Assembly (NCBI GenBank): GCA_963664225.1
Contig: OY760937.1
Coordinates: 5,024,001-5,088,000 of the forward strand
Source: Verrucomicrobiia bacterium
Lineage (GTDB): Bacteria > Verrucomicrobiota > Verrucomicrobiia > Limisphaerales > UBA1319
Direction of reading: 5' to 3'
DNA length: 64,000 bases
In this document: positions 47,501 through 54,488 of the stretch, piece after piece
Layout: each line of letters starts with the position of its first letter
How positions within the stretch are numbered: the first letter of the stretch is position 1
Notes under the pieces: model-generated
Told to the model about the DNA's origin: nothing
What the model saw: the letters and a program-made list of their open reading frames with translations, nothing else
Database searches by the model: none
Made by a program: the position numbers and the translations under genes

Positions 47501-48400
47501 TTGGGCGAGGAGCCGTTCAATGGGTGGTTCGGAAAGCAGGCGGACGGCAAATACCGGCTGCTGCGCTCCGGGGGCCAGGCTGGAATGATCGTTGTCGTGA
47601 AGGGCTTGGAAACGCTGCACCGGTTTAAAGGGCCGGGATTCACAGTCGATGCCGGCACGCTGGTCAAGGCCGATGCGATGAACAGCGCGCTTGCCGACAA
47701 ACAATCCGCGCGCAAACGCGCCACGGTCAAGCACGTGGCCAAACCGCCCACGCTCGATGGCGGAAACAACGGTTGGGAGGCGGTTGCCGCCAATGGGATT
47801 GAGCGCGACGGTTTTCCTGAACGCGCCAGTGTGCGACTGGCTTACGATGCGACTCATTTGTACGTGGCCTTTGAAGTTAACGAGGCCTCCCCGTGGTTGA
47901 ACGAAGGAAAGGATTTTACGCGGTTGTTCAAGACCGGGGATGCCGTCGATGTGCAATTGAGCACCGATGCGGCGGCGGGAGCAGAGGTCGGACCAAGCCA
48001 TGTTCGCCTTCTGTTTTCCCAGCTCAATGGCCAGCCCGTTTGTGTGCTGATGAGGCCGGTGGACAAAACCGCGCCGAAGGAATTGGCCCATCTCTATCAT
48101 TCGCCCGTGGGGGATAAATCGTTCGATCGCGTGGCGGTTTTAACCAGCGCCGTGGTTCGTGTGAAAGTCGATGCCGACAAATATTTCCTGCAGGCGGCGG
48201 TGCCTTTGGACGCGCTCGGTTTGAATCCCCAATCCGGACTGGTCCTGCGCGGGGATCTCGGTTTTATTTCGTCCGATGCCGCGGGACGCATCAATGCCGC
48301 GCGCACCTATTGGTCCAATCAAGCCACCGGGCTGACCATGGACATGCCCTTGGAATCATGGCTGTATCCTGCGGCGTGGGGCGAGTTTGTCTTTGAATGA
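44513..48400 (+). CDS. Large secreted multidomain protein (CBM9-like termini, FlgD-Ig-like domain, beta-propeller core)
   Basis: Signal peptide; IDGDLSDW and MWDADHLYLA at the N-end; LDGG..W and LAYDATHLYVAFEV at the C-end; VLWDCLDD.G..GAYRV; propeller repeats. Confidence 0.7.
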   Translation: MKTLRYLPSVIVALWASFNLFAQQGNMIGRQSQNVGMPVTPAPGRINIDGDLSDWDWSGRIWVFADTAVRSRYSVEAAAMWDADHLYLAAKWKDPTPMYNTIDPVADPSMGWKSDSWQIRVRSGDLVSHFTTWFYTPNETPVLQISYGKSANEAYGGASMLLTGSKGVSALKILNTDEKPGQKLPSRPAPGEAAMAYRADADGKGYVQELRIPWKLLFQQVPAIKAGMHLQIGNEFLWGDPSGKTWPVHRYADNMQEGQTTRQFYWEAFRVWGNADLLDHGHVPVREYVAQGARPAGVVPIRVVLPKQAARLTLAIENEKGTRIRALAGDIDPLDFKVSETATNRTVEVLWDCLDDFGRMAAPGAYRVLGLWHEGIGAEYDMSYYSPGTPPWETKDGTGGWGADHSAPFAVAACGDWVALGWAGAEGGSGILTLGPDGKKKWGDKRGSTALAMDARYVYGFAGDIWTGKAGISRFGKTDGSYQYFVVDGKPRPTFEVALADIFGGVTNVPGNVTGLAVTGSRLVLALSGKDKGALAILDANSAVLIKTISTSKATGIAAGRDGRCYAILDGKIVAVNLDSGAFAEIPTPGLALARAINVDEAGNIVALDCGPDSQAKAYSPEGKLVYTCGRRGGRPLSGLFDEQAMMRMSSLAVDGHGQVWVVENWDCPRRVSVWGRDGKLAKDYIGNTTYAAGGSYLHDEDPTLAYWGPVELKLDRKTLTSKVTQILWVADESKGEVFSLTTTGEPNPKIITSSASGKKITYLYAVGDPYNEGKKSHVVYMPRNGRWQPVAAVLKDRFWNDTNHDAQMQPGEITPGGGPVGGWWGTMIGRDLSIYTDGVMRYKPIGFTDDGAPIYGPAGMKKLADDKGEFLPIDDAGEVVVSSSSGYGALSYIRALDIQTGRELWRYPAPYYGVHGSHNAPMPKPGVISGALKLLGAAKVSDEVGSVFVHRNNIGQDHFFTQDGLYVGALFMDARMPADPLPEKETPGYPLDNTTLGEEPFNGWFGKQADGKYRLLRSGGQAGMIVVVKGLETLHRFKGPGFTVDAGTLVKADAMNSALADKQSARKRATVKHVAKPPTLDGGNNGWEAVAANGIERDGFPERASVRLAYDATHLYVAFEVNEASPWLNEGKDFTRLFKTGDAVDVQLSTDAAAGAEVGPSHVRLLFSQLNGQPVCVLMRPVDKTAPKELAHLYHSPVGDKSFDRVAVLTSAVVRVKVDADKYFLQAAVPLDALGLNPQSGLVLRGDLGFISSDAAGRINAARTYWSNQATGLTMDMPLESWLYPAAWGEFVFE

Positions 48401-48437
48401 TCGGCGGCGGGTCGATCTGGATTGGTGGCGCTGTTTA

Positions 48438-49214
48438 TTAGAGAACCATGCCGCGAACGACGTCGATTTCGGGCCTGTGTCGGCCATGGTAGAGGGTGGT
48501 GCCTTCGACGTATTTGGCGGCACCGCATTGGGGCAGGTTGAACGCCTCCACCAGATCGCGATACCAATTGGGAAAGCGCCGTGTGAACTTGAGTTCCAGA
48601 ACCACCACGTCTTCGGTGCAGACAAAGGCGTTTTCGGTCTGGGTCGTATGAACCCACGTGTCCCGGCGCACGCAACGGATATTGCGGTCGAGCGTCAGGC
48701 GGACTTCATTGTTGAAATTGTTGACGTAGGCCTCGCGTTCGTAAGCGACCTGCATTTTGGGTCCGGCGTTTAATTCGAGCATCAAACGCTGAAAATCCTG
48801 GATGGATTGAAAATCCTCCGCGCATGGATTGATGAGTTGTTCGGGCCGCGGCATCTGTCCGGTGAGCAATTCTTCCACGGCGCCAGCCCGGACTCCGGCG
48901 CGCTGCTTGAGAATCACATCCTTCATCCGGCGTTTGATTTCGAAAAATACCGGAACTTTTTTGTTTTCCTTGTAGTAACGAATTCTGAGCTTGAAACGGT
49001 TTTTATCGCCATTGATGGTGCGGCGGTAAATCTTCCAGTCATCGGAATCGAGATAGAGGCTGTGAATGGGATAGGAATCATTGGGCTGGCCAATGGAAAA
49101 CTCATCCAATTCGAGATGCTGATGGACGAAATCGCGTATTTTGAGCGCGATTTTTGATGTGATGAGATATTTCAGCTCATACCGCGACGCCATCAATGTG
49201 TGGTCCTGGCTCAT
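48438..49214 (-). CDS. VTC/CYTH-like polyphosphate polymerase domain protein
   Basis: RYELKY; HSLYLDS; KLRIRYY; FEIKRR; YEREAY; RLTLD; LELKF; KY. Confidence 0.88.
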   Translation of the reverse strand: MSQDHTLMASRYELKYLITSKIALKIRDFVHQHLELDEFSIGQPNDSYPIHSLYLDSDDWKIYRRTINGDKNRFKLRIRYYKENKKVPVFFEIKRRMKDVILKQRAGVRAGAVEELLTGQMPRPEQLINPCAEDFQSIQDFQRLMLELNAGPKMQVAYEREAYVNNFNNEVRLTLDRNIRCVRRDTWVHTTQTENAFVCTEDVVVLELKFTRRFPNWYRDLVEAFNLPQCGAAKYVEGTTLYHGRHRPEIDVVRGMVL

Positions 49215-49423
49215 GCAATAATTGTGGCGCACGATGCTGAGGACACCGTTTTCTGTCAACATGAAGCGCGCCTGAGTTTCGTGATGGCTTCATAAGGGGT
49301 GATCGAAATGGCAGCGACCGGGGATTGTTTCCGCCACTTGGGAATCGCGCCAAAACGCGTTCATTGGACCGGTGGACACGATGCTTGTTTTTTTGCGCAA
49401 GCCGTCTAAAGTAGGGTTGAGAT

Positions 49424-49876
49424 ATGAAAAGAGATGTTGTGCCAGTCGATATAAAGGGCATTTTGCCGTCCAACAGTGGTTGCGCCATCTTCTTAGGAAA
49501 TGCACGGAAAGTATTTGTCATACAGGTTGAGCACAACATGGGCGCGGTGATCGGGATGTTTCTCCGTGACACGCCCAAGGAGCGCCCGTTGACCCACGAT
49601 TTGATCGCCAGCATCTTCACCGGCTTTGGAATTGGCGTGGAACGGGTGATTATCACGGAGCTTAAGAATTCCACTTATTTTGCCCGGCTGATTCTCCAGC
49701 AGCAAAACGAGCTGGGCCGGAAGATTGTCGAGATCGACGCCCGCCCCAGCGACTGCCTGGCGATCGCCACATCCCAAAAGAAACCCATCTTCGTTGCGAC
49801 GAGCTTGTTTGAGCAAGTGGAGGACATGTCCGAGGTGCTGGACCGCATCAATGAGAACGGCGGACAACCCGAATAA
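49424..49876 (+). CDS. Bifunctional nuclease family protein (DUF151)
   Basis: RPLTHDL; TYFARL; IDARPSDCLAIA. Confidence 0.9.
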   Translation: MKRDVVPVDIKGILPSNSGCAIFLGNARKVFVIQVEHNMGAVIGMFLRDTPKERPLTHDLIASIFTGFGIGVERVIITELKNSTYFARLILQQQNELGRKIVEIDARPSDCLAIATSQKKPIFVATSLFEQVEDMSEVLDRINENGGQPE

Positions 49877-49879
49877 TTC

Positions 49880-51007
49880 ATGGGTGCTTCGACCGTCAAT
49901 ATCGCGGACTCCCTCGCGTTGATCTGGGGCGAGGATGAATTTTCAGTCAAGAGCCGGGCGCGCCAACTATTCGACGAGTGGAAATCCGGGGGAGCGGACA
50001 CTGAAATCATCGATGGCTCCGTGACCAACAGCGGGGATGCGCTGCGTTCGATCGCGCGGTTGCGTGAGGCTCTGCAAACGCTTCCGTTTTTTGGCAGCGG
50101 CGGGAAGGTGGTGTGGTGGCGGCAGTTGAATTTTCTGGGCGAAGAACGGGCGGCGGCCACCAAGGCCGTGACCGATGCCCTGACGGAACTGGGACGCGAA
50201 CTGGCCGCGTTTTCATGGCAGGGTGTGAGGCTGATCATCAGCGCGGGGAAAGTGGACCGGGTGCGGTCTTTTTACAAGACCCTGGACAAGGTGGCCCGAG
50301 TCGAGGGATTCCCCGAGTTAACGACCGAGGACCGGGACTGGGTTCACAAGGCGGAGACCTTTGCCCTCAAAGAATTTAAAACCCTCAATAAAGAGATCGA
50401 ACCCGAGGCCCTCGATCAGTTTATCGCCTGGGTGGGACCCAATATTCGCCAGCTCAGAAACGAAATTGAAAAGTTGGCGCTTTATGCCGCCGACCGTCCA
50501 TCGATTTGCATTGGGGATATCGAGGCCATTGTCACCCGGCAGAAACAAAGTCAGGCGTTCGCGCTCGCCGAGGCCTTGGGGGAGCGGAGGCTGCCGCAAT
50601 TGCTCAAGACACTGGATGAAGCCCTTTGGGAGATGAAGTTCGACAGCCAGAAGTCGGCCATCGGCATTCTCTATGGCCTGATCAGCAAGGTGCGGATTTT
50701 GCTTTTTCTCAAGGAGATGACGCGCCTGGGGTTTCTCAAGCCAACGCAGAGCATGTCTGCGCTGCGCGAGCAGATCGAAAAGGTGCCAACGGATCTTCTG
50801 CCGGCCGACAAGCGTTTCAATCCGCTCTCAATGCATCCCTACATGCTTTTCAAGGCGCTGCCGCAAATCAAGAATTATTCGACGGTGGAGCTGATTCAGG
50901 CGATGGAGCGGTTGCTGGAGTGCAATCAGCGTTTGATTTCGACCAGCACCGACGAAGCAGTGGTGCTGCAGCAAACGTTGATCGCCATCGCGTCGAAGGA
51001 AAGCTGA
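49880..51007 (+). CDS. holA: DNA polymerase III subunit delta
   Basis: LIWGEDEF; TLPFFG; NEIEKLALYA; AFALAEAL. Confidence 0.85.
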   Translation: MGASTVNIADSLALIWGEDEFSVKSRARQLFDEWKSGGADTEIIDGSVTNSGDALRSIARLREALQTLPFFGSGGKVVWWRQLNFLGEERAAATKAVTDALTELGRELAAFSWQGVRLIISAGKVDRVRSFYKTLDKVARVEGFPELTTEDRDWVHKAETFALKEFKTLNKEIEPEALDQFIAWVGPNIRQLRNEIEKLALYAADRPSICIGDIEAIVTRQKQSQAFALAEALGERRLPQLLKTLDEALWEMKFDSQKSAIGILYGLISKVRILLFLKEMTRLGFLKPTQSMSALREQIEKVPTDLLPADKRFNPLSMHPYMLFKALPQIKNYSTVELIQAMERLLECNQRLISTSTDEAVVLQQTLIAIASKES

Positions 51008-51061
51008 ATTCAAGCAGTATCCGTTTTGACATTGTTGTCGAAGGGGGGCAGCATTTTGCCC

Positions 51062-52030
51062 ATGAACACTCCATTGAAATCGGGCAGTCGCCGCGCGTTT
51101 CTTCGTGATGCCACCTTGCTTGCCGCTTCCGCGTATTCCCTGTCCACATGGGCCGCGGAAGGTATTCCGTCGCCAAAACGCAAAATGACCCTTTGCTTGT
51201 CGCCGGGTTCCATTGGTGTTTCTGGCAATCAGATGCAAACCATCGAGCTGGCAATCCGGCATGGATTCGAATCGATTGAGCCACAAGGGGAATATTTGGC
51301 CGGTTTATCCGCGGACAAATTGGCGGAGGTGCTGGCGGCGATGAAGAAGGGCGGGCTTGTTTTTGGCGCGGCGGGTTTGTCCGTGGAGTTTCGTCAAAGC
51401 GAGGATAAATTCGCCGAAGGCCTGAAGCAATTGCCAGAGCTTGCAGCGGGACTGAAACGGGCCGGAGTCAATCGCGTGGGCACATGGCTGATGTCGGGGC
51501 ATTCCACGCTGACGTATATCGAAAACTTCCGTCAACACGCGCGGCGTCTGCGGTCCGTTGCGCAGGTACTCAAGGACCAGGATATCCGGCTGGGGATGGA
51601 ATACGTGGGCACCAAAACCATCTGGACCCGCCAACGGTATCCCTTCATTCATACCCTGAAGGAAATGCGCGATCTGATGGCGGAGATCGGGACCGGGAAT
51701 ACAGGATTGGTCGTGGATTGCTGGCATTGGTGGCAGGCCGAAGACACCGTGGCGGAATTGCTTGCATTGAAGAACGAGGAGGTCATTTCGGTGGATCTCA
51801 ACGACGCGCCCAGCGGCGTGGCCAAGGACCAGCAAGTGGATGGACGCCGCGAACTGCCATGCGCCACAGGAATCATCGATGTCGGCGCCTTTTTGAAGGC
51901 GTTGAACCAGATCGGCTATGACGGTCCGGTCCGGGTTGAGCCTTTTAATAAACCGCTCAACGATCTGGAGAATGAACCCGCGTGCGCGGCAACCATTGTG
52001 GCTCTGAAGAAGGCGATTGCTTTAATATAA
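51062..52030 (+). CDS. Tat-exported sugar phosphate isomerase/epimerase
   Basis: SRRAFL Tat signal; GMEYVG; VDCWHW; DLND; RELP..GIID; GYDGPVRVE. Confidence 0.85.
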   Translation: MNTPLKSGSRRAFLRDATLLAASAYSLSTWAAEGIPSPKRKMTLCLSPGSIGVSGNQMQTIELAIRHGFESIEPQGEYLAGLSADKLAEVLAAMKKGGLVFGAAGLSVEFRQSEDKFAEGLKQLPELAAGLKRAGVNRVGTWLMSGHSTLTYIENFRQHARRLRSVAQVLKDQDIRLGMEYVGTKTIWTRQRYPFIHTLKEMRDLMAEIGTGNTGLVVDCWHWWQAEDTVAELLALKNEEVISVDLNDAPSGVAKDQQVDGRRELPCATGIIDVGAFLKALNQIGYDGPVRVEPFNKPLNDLENEPACAATIVALKKAIALI

Positions 52031-52040
52031 ACCCGGCTTT

Positions 52041-52781
52041 ATGAAAACGCCTATTTGGAAATCCACAGGTCTTGGCACCTGTTTATTGGCCAGTGTTCTC
52101 TTCGCCTTCCATTGCGTGGGGGCGGAATCGGCCCAGGCAACCGCAGTGCAGATCAACCTGGACCCACAGCTCAATGCGCGGGTGGTCATTACCCAGAAAG
52201 AAGGCCGACTGCAATTGGTGGATCATGCCCTGGATTCTAGAGATTCGATCCTTATCACCAAAACAGCGGCTGAGGTTTCGAAGGCGGGCAAGATCAAACC
52301 GCTGCCGGATTCAGGTCTTATCGCCGCCAACGACCGGCATCCCGAGGTCAAACTCCATTATGCGGACGGCGATGCCGGACTTCAGGTTCACAGAATTTCG
52401 GCCAGGACAGAGATCTGCAGCATACCGGTTCCGGCGCATCAATATCGTCAGGTGCAGGCGTTTTTTATTAGCGCCAATGGCCCAACACCCATTTCTGTGA
52501 CGCTGCAATATGCCGATGGCTCCTCGCAGAAACAGATGGCCCAGGTGCCTGACTTCTTCTTTTTACCCGTCCCAACGGACAAGGCGTGGTTTGTCCTGGT
52601 CAACGACTTTGGGAAGGTGGACAAGAACGGAAAAATGACCGAAACAGATCATCATTACATCCACGGTTTCGATCTTAATCCCGATTCAGGCAAGGTGCTT
52701 CAAAAGGTCGAGATTACGAAAGAAAACTCAGGCTCCGTGCTCAATCTCTTCGGACTCACGGGAACACTGGCCATCCCGTAG
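52041..52781 (+). CDS. Secreted hypothetical protein
   Basis: 246-aa ORF with signal peptide, same strand and 10 nt behind the isomerase gene; beta-rich. Confidence 0.65.
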   Translation: MKTPIWKSTGLGTCLLASVLFAFHCVGAESAQATAVQINLDPQLNARVVITQKEGRLQLVDHALDSRDSILITKTAAEVSKAGKIKPLPDSGLIAANDRHPEVKLHYADGDAGLQVHRISARTEICSIPVPAHQYRQVQAFFISANGPTPISVTLQYADGSSQKQMAQVPDFFFLPVPTDKAWFVLVNDFGKVDKNGKMTETDHHYIHGFDLNPDSGKVLQKVEITKENSGSVLNLFGLTGTLAIP

Positions 52782-52846
52782 GGCTTTTTCAGCGGTGCGC
52801 GGATATTGCCATTCCGGCCAGAGTTGCACTATTCTCCGGGCGAGTC

Positions 52847-53701
52847 ATGCAGGCAATCGCCGCAATGTTGTTTGTCAAAGGTGTCATGGTCGGGAGCATT
52901 TATGCCCTGATTTCGCTGGGCTTTAATGTCATCTACCAGACCACGGGCGTGCTGAATTTCGCGCAGGGCGAGTTTGTCATGCTGGGTGGAGTGATCGCCG
53001 GATGGGCTTTTGCCACCGGATCGGTGCCGCTGGTTCCCGCGCTTTTGCTTGGTGTGGGGGGAGCGGCGGTGGCGGGGTTGCTGGTGGATGCACTGGCCAT
53101 CCGACCGGTTCGACGGGCGAAGCCGGTCATCCCGGTCATCATCACCGTGGGCGTGGCCATTGTTCTAAGGTCGGTGGCCGCGTTGATTTGGGGGACGGAG
53201 CCAATGCACCTTCCGCCGTTAATCCGGGGCGGCACGAAGATTCTTGGCGTGCCGGTGGAATATCAAAACCTGTGCATCCTGGCAACGGCCGCAGTGTGCA
53301 TGGCGGGATTGGCGCTGTTTTTTCGTTACACAACCACAGGCATGGCCATGCGCGCCTGTTCGGAGGATCCGGGGGCGGCGAGGTTGTGTGGTGTGAATCC
53401 GGGCCGCATGTCCGCCTATTCCTTCGGATTGAGCGCCGCGCTGGCCGGGGTGGGGGGCGTATTGCTGACTCCGGTTGTTTCAATGAGTTTCGATCGTGGC
53501 ACGATGCTGGGCCTCAAAGGATTTGCAGCGGCCATTCTGGGCGGGCTGGGGCATCCAGTGGCCGGCGTGCTCTGCGGTCTATTGCTGGGGATTCTGGAGC
53601 AATTCAGCACCTGGTTTTCCTCGGTTTACAAGGAGACCCTGGCGTTTGCAGTGGTGGTGATCGTGTTGCTGGCGCGGCCCAAGGGGTTGTGGGGAAAGTG
53701 A
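52847..53701 (+). CDS. livH: Branched-chain amino acid ABC transporter permease (LivH-like)
   Basis: GSIYALISLGF; VLNFAQGEF; GMAMRAC; KGFAAAILGG; RPKGLWG. Confidence 0.88.
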   Translation: MQAIAAMLFVKGVMVGSIYALISLGFNVIYQTTGVLNFAQGEFVMLGGVIAGWAFATGSVPLVPALLLGVGGAAVAGLLVDALAIRPVRRAKPVIPVIITVGVAIVLRSVAALIWGTEPMHLPPLIRGGTKILGVPVEYQNLCILATAAVCMAGLALFFRYTTTGMAMRACSEDPGAARLCGVNPGRMSAYSFGLSAALAGVGGVLLTPVVSMSFDRGTMLGLKGFAAAILGGLGHPVAGVLCGLLLGILEQFSTWFSSVYKETLAFAVVVIVLLARPKGLWGK

Positions 53702-53707
53702 TGTAAC

Positions 53708-54211
53708 ATGGCCGACGAAGCAATCATCGATTTAAACACGGACCATTATTTCATGGGCGAGGCACTGCGTCAGGCTGCGCGGGCGTTTAACGCGGAGGAG
53801 GTTCCGGTAGGTGCGGTGATTGTGAGGCAGGGGCGGATCATTGCCCGGGCATTCAACCAGGTCGAATTGCTCAAGGACGCCACGGCTCACGCGGAGATGC
53901 TTGCAATCACGCAGGCGGAGGGGGTGCTTGGGGATTGGCGGCTGACCGACTGCACGCTTTACGTGACCAAGGAGCCATGCCCGATGTGCGCGGGCGCAAT
54001 CGTTCACACGCGGCTGGAGCGGGTGGTGTTCGGGGCTGCGGATATCAAGGGCGGGGCGGCGGGGAGCGCCATGAATCTGCTGCAATTTCCGACGCTCAAC
54101 CACCAATGCGCCATCACGCAGGCTGTGCGCGAGGAAGAGTGCCGATCGCTTTTGAAAACATTCTTTGCACAGCGCCGCGCCGAAAATAACAGCAAGAACC
54201 AGCCGGATTAG
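53708..54211 (+). CDS. tadA: tRNA adenosine(34) deaminase
   Basis: EVPVGAV; TAHAE; WRL; LYVTKEPCPMCAGA; FFAQRR. Confidence 0.93.
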   Translation: MADEAIIDLNTDHYFMGEALRQAARAFNAEEVPVGAVIVRQGRIIARAFNQVELLKDATAHAEMLAITQAEGVLGDWRLTDCTLYVTKEPCPMCAGAIVHTRLERVVFGAADIKGGAAGSAMNLLQFPTLNHQCAITQAVREEECRSLLKTFFAQRRAENNSKNQPD

Positions 54212-54488
54212 ACTTTGCCAAACCTTTGGTGAAGCAGTTGACGCAGATCAGGCTGCCTCCATCCGCGTGCCGTCCATTCGTGTGATTAGTATTTACGGGG
54301 TTCTGCAACAAGAGTGCAACATTGATGGCCTTCAAAATAGTACATCAATCGCCTCCCATATTAGAACAAGTTCATAAGCTTCCATTATGTAGAATAAGTG
54401 ATGCATAATAAAGTTGACAGTGGAGCGAAATATGACAATATGCAGCCATATTTCGGTTAACTGCCCGCCAAAGAAAGATTAGGAATTA

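Noticed and set aside
54253..54266. CCTCCATCCGC as a tRNA-Ser 3' remnant after tadA
   Set aside because: No T-arm (GTTCGAATC) or cloverleaf; too short to support.
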